A stretch of 64,000 nucleotides of DNA, from positions 17,577 through 81,576 of the forward strand of contig JAYNJV010000004.1 of assembly GCA_038110525.1 (NCBI GenBank). Reading direction: 5' to 3'. This DNA comes from Candidatus Poseidoniales archaeon (lineage in GTDB: Archaea; Thermoplasmatota; Poseidoniia; Poseidoniales; Poseidoniaceae). A program made the position numbers and the translations under genes. This document shows positions 23,057 through 33,142 of this stretch, one piece after another (within the stretch, counting starts at the first letter, position 1; each line of letters begins with the position of its first letter). The notes beneath the pieces are model-generated. The model searched no databases. It was not told the DNA's origin and was given only the letters and a program-made list of their open reading frames with translations.

Positions 23057-25654
23057 ATGATGGAACCGGGTAGAATGCCCCCCATGTTTGGAAAAGATTG
23101 GCATCCAGAACACCCTCTCCAATTCTATAGACCGCTTCACAAAAAAGGTGCGAGAGAGGAATGTCTTTCTTTTGTATCCCAACAATACCCGTCGTACTTG
23201 AGTGTGGTTGCAACTGTTTGGGACCATCAAGAGAAAAACGCCCCTGACCAATTTGAAGGCGCTTCTTGGCATGAGTTTTCACGTCGTTTTACTGAAGCAT
23301 TGGGGCGGGAAGCAATGTTGCAACTTACCTCCCATGTTGAACCAATGTTGCAGGTCGAAGTGATTCCACGAAGAAGTATGCAAGTTCATGTTGAGCGCCG
23401 ACTCGCTTACTTCTTGCTCGACGTTCGCTTGATGTTGCGTCGACTTGCCCATTACATGAGCGTCACACTTCAACAACGAATGGAGTGGCAACGATTGATG
23501 GTGCGTACTCGAGAACTCGATACTGCGCTCAAAACGATTTTTACCGATGGCATCGAAACACCTGATGGCTCAACTTTTGGCGGCAAAGGCTTTCGTTCAA
23601 CTTGGCAAGAAGGTGTTGTTGCTGTCGGAACTGCCTTGAAGCGTTCCATTGATTCGCCTCGGGATGCTACCCCCTCAAGTGGATACGATGGCGACCTCGT
23701 CGCTCCAATGATTCGAGATATTGGCCTGAGTTTGGCCATGGGTGACACGCCACTTGATGTGATGGCTGCAAATTTAGGCAAAGTCGACTCAAATCAAAAT
23801 GGTGGTTGGGCAGATGGAGGAGGACGAGATCTACACATTGGAGCATGGCATGTCGGCGTTCTACCACCAACGGCTCCATTGCCCATTGCAAGTTCGACCA
23901 TGACCGGACTTGCCTTTGCTGCATGGCGAAAAGGTCAGCAACGCTTCCATATCGCCTGTATTGGTGAAGGAGCTTCCTCGAGTGGAGAATTTTGGGAGGC
24001 CATGAATTTCGCAGGAACACGAGGTCTACCCATCACCTATATCCTTCAAAACAATCAAATCGCTCTTGATACTCCTTCTTACAACCAATCTGGAGTTGAA
24101 CTTTGGGCCGATAAGGCTCGTGCCATGGGATTCCCTTCATGGACCATCGATGGTTCTGACCCAGCGGCTTGGTACGCTTCTTCGGCTCTTGCTAGAGAGT
24201 ATGCCCTCGGCGGAGGAGGCCCAACGCTTATCCACGTTGAAACGATGAGAGGCTGTGGTCATGCACACCATCATGATGATTTGTATCTCGGTAGTGAATC
24301 CGGAACGCCACCAGGATATGTCGACAGAGAATTGTTGTCGTATTGGGAAGCAAAAGACCCGATTCCAAATCACCGTTCGCTGTTGCTTCAACTCGGTGTT
24401 AAAGAAGAGGCTCTTCAAGCGATAGAAAAACAAGAACATGAAGCGGTTCAACACGCTCACCAGTCTTTGCTTGGGATGGAGTGGCCTCAACCAGAGACAG
24501 TGACCAAAGGTGTGACCACCATCCATGACGCAGATACCCATGACATGCACTTGGCTCGCATTCAATCGGATGTTCCTTTGGCGACTGGCGAAATTCAACT
24601 TGATGAACTGAAATATGCCCCGAAAGGTGGTTGGACCTACGCAAGAGCAATTCAGCAAGCCATGGTTGATGTTGCCACATATTTCGGAGAAGATTGTGTC
24701 TTTATCGGTGAAGATATGGAAGTTGCCGGTGCCTTTGGAATGAATATGGCCCTCAAAAATGCAGGTTTCCAACATCTCCTTGTCGACATGCCCCTCTCTG
24801 AGGCTGCAATTGTTCACACTGGAACCGGAGCAGCGTTGAGCGGCATGCGTTCAATGGTTGAAATTCAATTTGGTGGATTTGCTGCTTTAGGCTTTAACGC
24901 CCTTGTCAACAATGCTGCCATGCTCCGTTGGAGGTGGGGAGCAGATTGTCCGATGACCGTTCGAATTCCACTCGGTGCTCGAACAAGGTCTGGCCCATTT
25001 CATGCAAACATGATCGAGTCATGGTTTTCAAACGACCCAGGTTTGGTGGTTCTTGCTCCAGGAACTCCACAGGATGCCTATGATTTACTTGTCGAAGGTG
25101 CCCATCTTGACGACCCGGTTTTGTTCCTTGAACATATTGGATTGTACGGGCTACGTGGAGGTCGAACGGGTTGGGGTATGAACATCAATCAAGTGGTCGA
25201 TACAGAATCGGTAAAAACTGCCCTTTCAAAACAAGAGAGGTACAAAATCGGTAAGGCTGCTTGCATTCGTGAAGGTACAGACCTTACGCTTGTTACTTGG
25301 GGAGCTATGGTGCACATTGCACAAGAAGTTGCCAATGTGTTGCAAGAAGATGGTCATTCGATTGAAATCATCGACTTGAGAACACTCCTTCCATTTGATG
25401 CACAAACCTGTGTCTCGTCTGTTTTCAAGACTGGGCGACTTGCGATTCTGCATGAAGCACAATGGACAGGCGGACTTGGACATACGATTCAAAGCAGAAT
25501 TCTTGAAGAATGCTTTTTCAATTTAGAATCAAAACCAGTTGTCATTGGTGCCCTTGACACCCCTGTGCCATTTTCCCCCCCGCTTGAAAATCATACAATT
25601 CCATCGGTTGAGTACGTCACCAAGGTCCTTCAATCCCTCTTAGGTACGGCGTAA
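23057..25654 (+). CDS. 2-oxoacid dehydrogenase E1 component, fused alpha and beta subunits (TPP-dependent)
   Basis: The alpha part has the TPP motif CIGEGASSSGEFWEAMNFAG...NNQIAL. The beta part has DMPLSEAAIVHTGTGAALSGMRSMVEIQFGGF and a C-terminal transketolase-C-like region. 865 aa in a single ORF. Confidence 0.8.
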   Translation: MMEPGRMPPMFGKDWHPEHPLQFYRPLHKKGAREECLSFVSQQYPSYLSVVATVWDHQEKNAPDQFEGASWHEFSRRFTEALGREAMLQLTSHVEPMLQVEVIPRRSMQVHVERRLAYFLLDVRLMLRRLAHYMSVTLQQRMEWQRLMVRTRELDTALKTIFTDGIETPDGSTFGGKGFRSTWQEGVVAVGTALKRSIDSPRDATPSSGYDGDLVAPMIRDIGLSLAMGDTPLDVMAANLGKVDSNQNGGWADGGGRDLHIGAWHVGVLPPTAPLPIASSTMTGLAFAAWRKGQQRFHIACIGEGASSSGEFWEAMNFAGTRGLPITYILQNNQIALDTPSYNQSGVELWADKARAMGFPSWTIDGSDPAAWYASSALAREYALGGGGPTLIHVETMRGCGHAHHHDDLYLGSESGTPPGYVDRELLSYWEAKDPIPNHRSLLLQLGVKEEALQAIEKQEHEAVQHAHQSLLGMEWPQPETVTKGVTTIHDADTHDMHLARIQSDVPLATGEIQLDELKYAPKGGWTYARAIQQAMVDVATYFGEDCVFIGEDMEVAGAFGMNMALKNAGFQHLLVDMPLSEAAIVHTGTGAALSGMRSMVEIQFGGFAALGFNALVNNAAMLRWRWGADCPMTVRIPLGARTRSGPFHANMIESWFSNDPGLVVLAPGTPQDAYDLLVEGAHLDDPVLFLEHIGLYGLRGGRTGWGMNINQVVDTESVKTALSKQERYKIGKAACIREGTDLTLVTWGAMVHIAQEVANVLQEDGHSIEIIDLRTLLPFDAQTCVSSVFKTGRLAILHEAQWTGGLGHTIQSRILEECFFNLESKPVVIGALDTPVPFSPPLENHTIPSVEYVTKVLQSLLGTA

Positions 25655-25699
25655 GTGTAAGAAGAACAAGATAAGAATCAATAAGGAAGTGACAATCGA

Positions 25700-26818
25700 A
25701 TGAATATGGAGAAGGAAACTCGAGCAATGGGCATTCCTCAACTTCTCCTCAACAAAGTCATTCTCATCAATGGCACACTCTTTGTTGCCCTCATCGCCAT
25801 GGAGCAAAGTGCGACCGAACACATCTTCATCTCCCTCATCTTCCTTGCTCTTTCACTCGTTTTATTGATTAAATCAGCTGATTTCTTTATCGAAGGTGCG
25901 AAAGGTCTTGCACTCAGAGCAGGATTACCCGAGGTCGTGATTGGCTTGACTATCGTTTCCATCGGCACCTCCCTTCCAGAAATTCTCGTGACCTCAGCAG
26001 CGGCGGTTGATATTCCGAAGAACCCTGAAATTGCTGATTTGGCTATTGGTGGGATTTACGGCTCCATTCTTGTTCAAATTTCGCTTATTCTTGGTGTTGT
26101 TGTGGCTATTCAGGGTGTAAAGATCAGGCCATCATGGCTCAAACGAGACGGTATGATTATGCTCGCATCCATTGCTCTGCTCACAGTTTTCCTCGTGACT
26201 GGTTCCACCATTACCCGAATCGAAGGATTTATCCTTGCACTTCTATATTGTCTGTATGTTGCATGGTTGCTTAACCATCGTGATGAAATTCTTGAAGAAG
26301 AAGGGGTGAGTTTTGAAGGTGAAGTTTCTGGTTCAAAATGGTCCACAGCCTCGTATATTTTTATGGTCGTCGTCGGTCTTGTGCTTGCATTGTTTGCTGC
26401 CCATTATCTTGTGTCGATTGCAAGCGATATCGCCATCAAACTCAACGTACCCCACGCTGTGGTAGGCACCACAATTTCGGGTTTGGGTACATCCCTTCCA
26501 GAGTTGACCATTGCCCTTCTGGCTGCAAAAAAGAGCGAGGGTGTCGCCATTGGAACGCTCATCGGCTCAAACATCACCGACCCACTGTTTTCGATAGGTA
26601 TCGCTGCGATGGTTCATGAGTTACCACTTACACAAGCAAGTTATGGACTTACCATGTACATCATCGTTCCAATGACATTTATTTGTACGCTCTTTGCATT
26701 GTATTTCATGCGTTCAAAGTACGAACTTAAGAAAACGGAGGGCTATATTCTCATTCTAGTCTATTTGGCCTTCCTTGTTCTGTTGTATGCCGCTCATCAA
26801 GACATTCTTCCTGTATGA
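25700..26818 (+). CDS. Ca2+/cation antiporter (CaCA/YrbG family)
   Basis: Two alpha-repeat signatures, GTSLPEILVT and GTSLPELTIA, in a ~10-TM protein. Confidence 0.8.
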   Translation: MNMEKETRAMGIPQLLLNKVILINGTLFVALIAMEQSATEHIFISLIFLALSLVLLIKSADFFIEGAKGLALRAGLPEVVIGLTIVSIGTSLPEILVTSAAAVDIPKNPEIADLAIGGIYGSILVQISLILGVVVAIQGVKIRPSWLKRDGMIMLASIALLTVFLVTGSTITRIEGFILALLYCLYVAWLLNHRDEILEEEGVSFEGEVSGSKWSTASYIFMVVVGLVLALFAAHYLVSIASDIAIKLNVPHAVVGTTISGLGTSLPELTIALLAAKKSEGVAIGTLIGSNITDPLFSIGIAAMVHELPLTQASYGLTMYIIVPMTFICTLFALYFMRSKYELKKTEGYILILVYLAFLVLLYAAHQDILPV

Positions 26819-26896
26819 CAAGTTAACAACGGAATGAACAGTCATCAATAGAATTCGAGTGTAATTACTCATAAACGAGTTCCTTGTAGCCATTGC

Positions 26897-28048
26897 ATGG
26901 TCGACTTCCAATTGGATGAAACCCAAGCCATGCTTAAGGAACTGGCACACGAGTTCGTTGTTGATGAGGTTCGGCCCCATGCAGAACACTGGGACCAAGA
27001 ATCGACATATCCATTGGAGGCTATCAAATCCGCTCACGAGATGGGTTTGCTCAATCTGCACATCCCAGAACAATATGGTGGTCCTAGTTTTGGGTCAATG
27101 GAAGAAGTCGTTGTGAATGAAGAACTTGCATGGGGTGACCCTGGCTTTGCAACCGCTGCTTATGCCACTGCACTGGCCAGTGCACCAATCCTTACTGGAG
27201 CAACCGATGCTCAGAAAGAAGTATGGCTCCGTCGAATTGCTGAGGAAGGTGCTCTTGCGTCTTACGCGGTCACCGAGCCAGAAGCGGGTTCGGATGTTGC
27301 AGCCATTAAGACAACGGCAATCAAAGACGGTGATGAGTATGTTATCAACGGCTCAAAAATGTGGATCACTGGTGCAGGGTACGCTGACTTTTTCTTTGTC
27401 CTTGCGAAAACCGACCCTGAAGCAGGCTATCGAGGCATGTCAGGATTCATCGTCGAAAAAGACGCAGAAGGATTCTCCCTCGGAAAGAAAGAAGGGAATA
27501 TGGGGCAACGATGTTCGGACACACGTTCCATCACCTTCGACGACGTTCGTGTACCAGCCAACCATCTCATTGGAGAATCTGAATCGGGTGGATGGATGAA
27601 TGCGATGAAAGCATTTGATATGAGTCGGCCAAATATTGCTGCCCATGCAACTGGTCTTGCTCGTGCTGCATTCGAACACGCCCTTCAATATTCAAACGAA
27701 AGAACGACCTTTGGAAAACCACTCCACCAACATCAAGCCGTTCAATTCATGCTCGCTGATATGAAAACAAAAATCGAAGCTGCACGTTTGCTCACATGGA
27801 AATCAGCCCAAGAATTCGACAAAGGTATTCGAAACACAGAATCAGCGGCTCATGCAAAGCGATTTGCAGCCGATATAGCCATGGAGGTCACCACCGATGC
27901 TGTCCAAGTCTATGGAGGGTATGGATACTCGGAAGAATACCCTGTAGCACGGTTGATGAGAGGAGCAAAAGTCATGCAAATTTACGAGGGCTCATCTCAA
28001 GTGCAACGGATGATTATTGGACGGGAAATGACCAAATCACTCGAGTAA
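26897..28048 (+). CDS. acyl-CoA dehydrogenase
   Basis: YAVTEPEAGSD, WITGAGYADFF, and C-terminal QIYEGSSQVQRMIIGRE with the catalytic Glu context. 383 aa. Confidence 0.9.
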   Translation: MVDFQLDETQAMLKELAHEFVVDEVRPHAEHWDQESTYPLEAIKSAHEMGLLNLHIPEQYGGPSFGSMEEVVVNEELAWGDPGFATAAYATALASAPILTGATDAQKEVWLRRIAEEGALASYAVTEPEAGSDVAAIKTTAIKDGDEYVINGSKMWITGAGYADFFFVLAKTDPEAGYRGMSGFIVEKDAEGFSLGKKEGNMGQRCSDTRSITFDDVRVPANHLIGESESGGWMNAMKAFDMSRPNIAAHATGLARAAFEHALQYSNERTTFGKPLHQHQAVQFMLADMKTKIEAARLLTWKSAQEFDKGIRNTESAAHAKRFAADIAMEVTTDAVQVYGGYGYSEEYPVARLMRGAKVMQIYEGSSQVQRMIIGREMTKSLE

Positions 28049-28063
28049 GGACCTGGGTCTCGA

Positions 28064-28681
28064 ATGCAAAGCGATGCACTTCAAAGCGACATCCCCGCCA
28101 TTATCATTGCTGCGGGAGCGTCGAAACGACTCGGACAACCCAAATCACTTCTGCCCTTAGGGAATCAGACACTTATACAGTGGTCATGCAACCGCCTTTC
28201 CAGGGAAGGATTTCATCCCATCATCGTGACACGGGTAGAACTGTACGACCAAACCACCAATGTTCTTGGTGACAAGATTGTGATTGTCAATCAACAACCT
28301 GAACGAGGTCGAACCAGTAGCATCCAAACGGGTTTACAACATATCATCAATGCAAATCTAAACCTTGCAAACGGTGTGCTTATCGTTCCTGTTGACCGCC
28401 CTGGTTGGCCAAACGGTGTTCTGCAAGCACTTGCAGAGTGCGATACCTCCTCGTGTTTGGCATTCGATGGACGTAAAGGCCATCCTGTCTTTATTCATCC
28501 AAGCGATGTTGACAAACTCTTGACATGCCATGCGTCCCTTCCTCTCCGTGACTGCATCGAATTCTCATCGTTCGATGTACATGCCCCTTTTCTGCAACTC
28601 AACATTGATTCAGAAGACGATGTGAAGATGTTGAATTGTTTCTATGATGAAATGCAAAATTCATCAAGCAAATACCTATGA
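28064..28681 (+). CDS. mocA: molybdenum cofactor cytidylyltransferase-like nucleotidyltransferase
   Basis: N-terminal IIAAGASKRLGQPKSLLPL (GT-A nucleotidyltransferase loop), ~200 aa, adjacent to xdhC. Confidence 0.7.
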   Translation: MQSDALQSDIPAIIIAAGASKRLGQPKSLLPLGNQTLIQWSCNRLSREGFHPIIVTRVELYDQTTNVLGDKIVIVNQQPERGRTSSIQTGLQHIINANLNLANGVLIVPVDRPGWPNGVLQALAECDTSSCLAFDGRKGHPVFIHPSDVDKLLTCHASLPLRDCIEFSSFDVHAPFLQLNIDSEDDVKMLNCFYDEMQNSSSKYL

Positions 28682-28703
28682 AATCATGGCTTCAGGCTAA
28701 GGT

Positions 28704-29591
28704 ATGACCGCAAGAGTGCTTTCATGGGGAATTGGTCAACTCCATGAAGGCTACTCTGTTGCCATCGCTTCGGTGCTTTCTGTCAAAGGCAGCGTCCCCG
28801 GAAAAGTGGGTGCCAGGCTCGCTATATCCTCACGTGGTGGAGAGCCGTTTGGTACGGTTGGTGGAGCAGGACTTGAACTCAAGGTGATCGAAAAATGTCG
28901 AGAACTCCTCTCAACAACGCATCAGCCCTACGGTGAGTTGCAAACATATGGGTTAAACAAGGGTTCGAAAGGGTATGAAGTTACACCTCTCGATTCACTA
29001 TGCGGAGGCCAAGTCACCATTTCGTTTGAGATTCTTATCCCAACGCCTCATATCCTGCTGTTGGGTGCAGGTCATTGTGCCAAAGCACTCGCCCCCCATA
29101 TTCACTTACTTGGTTGGGAGTATTCTGTTCATGATTCAAGGACTGAATTTGCAAACAGAGACATGTTTCCTGATGCCAAGGACATCTTTTGCTCTTCAGT
29201 TGAGGACTTTTTTTCGAATCAAGACGGTACGAACATCTCAAAATATTCTGAGATTCTTCTCTTAGGTCATGATTGGAAAGAAGATGAAACACGACTCCTT
29301 TCGCTTTTGTCAACCCTTCAACAATATGAAATCGAAGCGGAACTTGAATTCAACCGACCACACATTGGTGTTATTGGCAGTCGTTCCAAGTGGAAAGCCT
29401 TTGAGATAAGTTGCCTTGAGAAAGGCATCTCTCCGACCATCATAGAAAGAGTTCAATGCCCTATTGGGTTGAATATTGGTGCTGAATCGCCAGAGGAGAT
29501 TGCTATTGCAGTTCTATCAGATGTTCTTTCACGCTTCAAGAATATCGTCCCTTCCTCCACTTCATGGAGGACCTCATATCGTGTTATTTGA
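28704..29591 (+). CDS. xdhC: XdhC/CoxI-family Mo-enzyme maturation protein
   Basis: N-terminal XdhC_CoxI-like region ([18 protein letters not shown]), then a Rossmann-like half ([14 protein letters not shown]). Lies next to mocA. Confidence 0.7.
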   Translation: MTARVLSWGIGQLHEGYSVAIASVLSVKGSVPGKVGARLAISSRGGEPFGTVGGAGLELKVIEKCRELLSTTHQPYGELQTYGLNKGSKGYEVTPLDSLCGGQVTISFEILIPTPHILLLGAGHCAKALAPHIHLLGWEYSVHDSRTEFANRDMFPDAKDIFCSSVEDFFSNQDGTNISKYSEILLLGHDWKEDETRLLSLLSTLQQYEIEAELEFNRPHIGVIGSRSKWKAFEISCLEKGISPTIIERVQCPIGLNIGAESPEEIAIAVLSDVLSRFKNIVPSSTSWRTSYRVI

Positions 29592-30126
29592 AGATGAGAT
29601 CTCGAAAGAACTTCAATTCTTCAATCGATTCTCGAATATCATCGAGGGCAAGGTGTGCGGCCTTTTTTGGGAACTTCCCCTCATCAGGATACCAGCGTCT
29701 CGACAACTCTTTGACCGTTGAGACGTCAATCATTCTATAGTGTAAATATTGGACCAATTCCGGCATTTCTTTTTGTAGAAATTGTCTATCGTTCCAAACG
29801 CTATTTCCACATAACGGAGATGAGCCTGGTGTCGTCCATTGTTTGAGAAAGGCAAGGGTTTGAGATTCTGCTTCTTTGCAAGAGACCCCTTCGTTTCGAA
29901 TTCGGTCAACAAGTCCACTTCTGTGATGATGCAACGTATTCCATTCATCCATGCCAGAGATGAGATGCTCTTCCACTTGGACTGCTAAATTGGGGCCTTC
30001 TGCCAAAATGTTGAGGTCCCCATCGGTCACGATGGTTGCGATTTCAATAATCGATTCGCGGTCAACATCCAACCCCGTCATTTCAAGGTCAATCCAAACG
30101 AGTGGTGGATGAGTTTCATCCATCAT
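29584..30126 (-). CDS. orn: oligoribonuclease (DEDDh 3'-5' exoribonuclease)
   Basis: Near-collinear with E. coli Orn from memory: [62 protein letters not shown]. Confidence 0.9.
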   Translation of the reverse strand: MMDETHPPLVWIDLEMTGLDVDRESIIEIATIVTDGDLNILAEGPNLAVQVEEHLISGMDEWNTLHHHRSGLVDRIRNEGVSCKEAESQTLAFLKQWTTPGSSPLCGNSVWNDRQFLQKEMPELVQYLHYRMIDVSTVKELSRRWYPDEGKFPKKAAHLALDDIRESIEELKFFRDLIFK

Positions 30127-30137
30127 TCTTCACCGAA

Positions 30138-30332
30138 TTAAATACTGCAAACCATGTCAGTTCCACAACAGAGTGGTGACTTAATTTTTCCACAACCATT
30201 TGGGCATTTCGCGATTGAAACTTTGGTTCCGTCTGCCTTTTCTATCGTGTCTGGAACAAGGTCGCTCTCGCAGGAAGCACACTTCATTCCAATAACACCC
30301 ATGCCACATGATGAACAAGAATATTGAATCAT
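30138..30332 (-). CDS. small Cys-rich (zinc-ribbon-like) protein
   Basis: 64 aa with CSSC, CASC, CPNGC, CC and a terminal C. Immediately upstream of orn on the same strand. Confidence 0.4.
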   Translation of the reverse strand: MIQYSCSSCGMGVIGMKCASCESDLVPDTIEKADGTKVSIAKCPNGCGKIKSPLCCGTDMVCSI

Positions 30333-30442
30333 ATTTCGTGCTGGTCATGAAGGTGTATATCTTTTCCTCATCAAAATTTTGCGACGCTTTCATTCAATGG
30401 TTTCAAAAATTAATGCGGTGTGGAAGGATTGGACGGGGTTAA

Positions 30443-32392
30443 TTGATACAAAGAATTGCTGCAAGTTTTTGTCTTGTCTTGTTTGTTTTACCAATGATAG
30501 GATTCATGATTCCAGTTGGAGCCACGGATACTTCAACGGAAACAATGTGGTGGGAAGATACGACCGTCGACAGAAACAAAAACGGTATCGGTGATATGAT
30601 TGAAGTTCACAAAGACAGCCCATTTTTCCTAAGTGACGATGGAACACTTCCTCTCATCATCGATTTTGACCACACGCCGACCGAACAAGATGTACAACTG
30701 CTCGAACGTGAAGTGAATTATCAACATCAATTCATCCTTAGACACATTGACGCTCTTGCTGGCCGAATCCATGTGGACAAACTTTGGGATACCCTTGACA
30801 TGCCAGGTGTCGTTCTGCTTGAACTCGATGGAATTCTTGAAGTTGCCAATGGTGATGCTGCAGTTCTCCACGGCGTCGATCAAGCATGGCAAGCCACTGG
30901 CTACGATGGTTCTGGAGTCACCGCAGCGATTATTGATACTGGAATCGATGGTTTGCATGCTTCACTCGACGACCAGGACGACAACCCGTCAACCTATGAC
31001 CCGAAAATTCTCGCATTTTACGATGCTGTCAACGATCCAAGTGCTACAAATGGGACCGAAGTGTTCCCTTACGATGATCATGGTCACGGCTCCCACTGTG
31101 CAGGAACGACTGCTGGAACAGGTGCACCCGATTACGAAAATATTGGAATGGCACCTCAGGCGAACCTTGTTGGTGTCAAAGTTCTTGATGGCGGAGGCTC
31201 AGGTTCCTTTGCCACAGTGATGGCAGGTATGCAATGGACAGTTGACCATCGATATGAATTCAATATTCGTGTTGCATCGATGAGCCTTGGTGGACCAGGT
31301 GCCATTGAATGGACTTCCTCAGAGGAGGACAGCGTAAATCGATATGCCAATGAAATGGTTCGTGCTGGTATTGCACTGTTTATCGCAGCAGGTAACAACG
31401 CTGTATCAGCTCAGATAGGAACCCCCGGTTCAGCTGAGGATGTGATCACCGTCGGAGCACTCGACAAGGATTCATCCATTGCAATCTACTCAAGTCAAGG
31501 ACCAACTGAAGAAGGTCGAATTAAGCCAAACATCGCCTATGTCGGCTCAAGCGTCATGTCTGTTGCTGCCAACACCGGCGATGGTTATACAGCCATGTCA
31601 GGGACTTCGATGGCAACTCCAGGTGCTGCAGGTGTAGCCGCTCTGATGTATCAGGCCAATCCAGATTTGTCTCCGTTTGACATTCGAAATATTATGCAAG
31701 AAACTGCAACATACAGGCAATGTCATTACATGGGAGCAAACGAACCCTGTGCTGAAGATTTAATTCCTAAGAACAGGCAAAACAATGTCTACGGCCACGG
31801 CGAAGTTCGAGCACTCGATGCAATCATGGAGGCAGCACAAAAAATGTACATGTTCGACAATTCAGTTCAAATCACCATCACTTCAGAAGTTTCCGAAAGC
31901 GAGCGAGTCGAACTCCGAACCAATGATGCTATTTCTTTTGAAATTTCGGAGGGTGTTGAATCCATCCAATGGCGAAGCAATCACTTGAGAGATGACTGGT
32001 CGAATATTCATTCATACGAGCACACCACGAAGGCCGAATTGTCCGCTATCGATATTGTTCATCAACTCGAGCATCTCCCGGGAATTGAACTCCAAGGAAA
32101 TCACACACTTTCCATCCGCGGCATCATTGAAAATGGAAGTTCGACCGCATCAACTCCAATCGTCACCGTCAATGTCATGCTTGTCAATGTTGACAAGGAC
32201 GGGGGCGAAACCGAATCCCAAGGATTCTTGTCAAAGTCAGAAATGGTAACAGCCATCAGTATCTTTGTTGTCGTTCTCCTTCTTGGCTTGGTCGTTGTCG
32301 GATTCGCCTCTGAAAAAGAGGAAGGTTTGTTTGCTGGAAAGGAAACTGATGCATTGTTTCAACCCAAAGCCAAAGAAGATGACCAGTCTTAA
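30443..32392 (+). CDS. membrane-anchored subtilisin-like serine protease (S8)
   Basis: Catalytic triad blocks AAIIDTGID (Asp), HGHGSHCAGT (His), GTSMATPGAAG (Ser). N-terminal signal peptide, C-terminal TM helix VTAISIFVVVLLLGLVVVGF. Apparent TTG start. Confidence 0.85.
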   Translation: MIQRIAASFCLVLFVLPMIGFMIPVGATDTSTETMWWEDTTVDRNKNGIGDMIEVHKDSPFFLSDDGTLPLIIDFDHTPTEQDVQLLEREVNYQHQFILRHIDALAGRIHVDKLWDTLDMPGVVLLELDGILEVANGDAAVLHGVDQAWQATGYDGSGVTAAIIDTGIDGLHASLDDQDDNPSTYDPKILAFYDAVNDPSATNGTEVFPYDDHGHGSHCAGTTAGTGAPDYENIGMAPQANLVGVKVLDGGGSGSFATVMAGMQWTVDHRYEFNIRVASMSLGGPGAIEWTSSEEDSVNRYANEMVRAGIALFIAAGNNAVSAQIGTPGSAEDVITVGALDKDSSIAIYSSQGPTEEGRIKPNIAYVGSSVMSVAANTGDGYTAMSGTSMATPGAAGVAALMYQANPDLSPFDIRNIMQETATYRQCHYMGANEPCAEDLIPKNRQNNVYGHGEVRALDAIMEAAQKMYMFDNSVQITITSEVSESERVELRTNDAISFEISEGVESIQWRSNHLRDDWSNIHSYEHTTKAELSAIDIVHQLEHLPGIELQGNHTLSIRGIIENGSSTASTPIVTVNVMLVNVDKDGGETESQGFLSKSEMVTAISIFVVVLLLGLVVVGFASEKEEGLFAGKETDALFQPKAKEDDQS

Positions 32393-32533
32393 TCGCAACG
32401 ACACCAACGAGATGAAGCCATTGCAAATGGCGTTAAAAGATGAACAAACAAATATCGAAGTATAAGGAAATCAATTCTAAACGCCCCGAACAATCAAAGA
32501 GTGCAACCAACCCCAAAAGGATAGGCGGAAGAG

Positions 32534-33136
32534 ATGGTCGGAACAGAACATGTCAACATGCTTCCACAACCAATCAACGTGGTTTGGAAAGGTGTGGTCA
32601 ACGGTAAGCCTGTTGAGACTTTGGTTGCTTCTAACGCAGTGTTGCTCGATGTCTTACGAGACAAAGTAGGCATGCTCGGTGTCAAGCGAGGGTGTGACCT
32701 CGGCACATGCGGATGTTGCACCGTCATGGTCGATGGCCAACCTCAGTTATCCTGCCTTACCTTCGCCGGTCAGTGCAATGGCAAAGAAATCACGACGGTT
32801 GAAGGCCTGGCTCATCACGGGCACTTAGCACCAATTCAGGAATGCTTTGCAACATATGGTGGCTCACAATGTGGTTTTTGCACCCCAGGTTTTCTGATTT
32901 CATCCCAAGCCCTGTTGAATCAAAATAGTGAACCAACTCGGGCAGAAATTGCTTGTGCTATTGAAGGAAATTTGTGCAGATGCACAGGATACCAACAAAT
33001 CATCGACGCCGTTGAGGCCGCAGCATCAATGCATCGGGGCGAAACCAATCAAGCACCTAAAGCAAGTGACCCACATCCAGACCCGCATCCTATGGGCCCA
33101 GACGAACCTTCGATGCCACCCGGTAATGCGAGGTGA
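32534..33136 (+). CDS. Mo-hydroxylase small subunit, [2Fe-2S]-binding (CoxS/XdhC-iron-sulfur type)
   Basis: Plant-type cluster CDLGTCGCCTV and second cluster CGFCTPG...CRCTGY. Pro/His-rich C-terminal tail. Confidence 0.9.
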   Translation: MVGTEHVNMLPQPINVVWKGVVNGKPVETLVASNAVLLDVLRDKVGMLGVKRGCDLGTCGCCTVMVDGQPQLSCLTFAGQCNGKEITTVEGLAHHGHLAPIQECFATYGGSQCGFCTPGFLISSQALLNQNSEPTRAEIACAIEGNLCRCTGYQQIIDAVEAAASMHRGETNQAPKASDPHPDPHPMGPDEPSMPPGNAR

Positions 33137-33142
33137 TGCCAT

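Noticed and set aside
24137-24817. 226-aa minus-strand ORF inside the fused E1 gene (and similar antisense ORFs at 22065..22595 and 40738..41163)
   Set aside because: Each is antisense to a gene with clear family motifs. There are no motifs or start context of their own.
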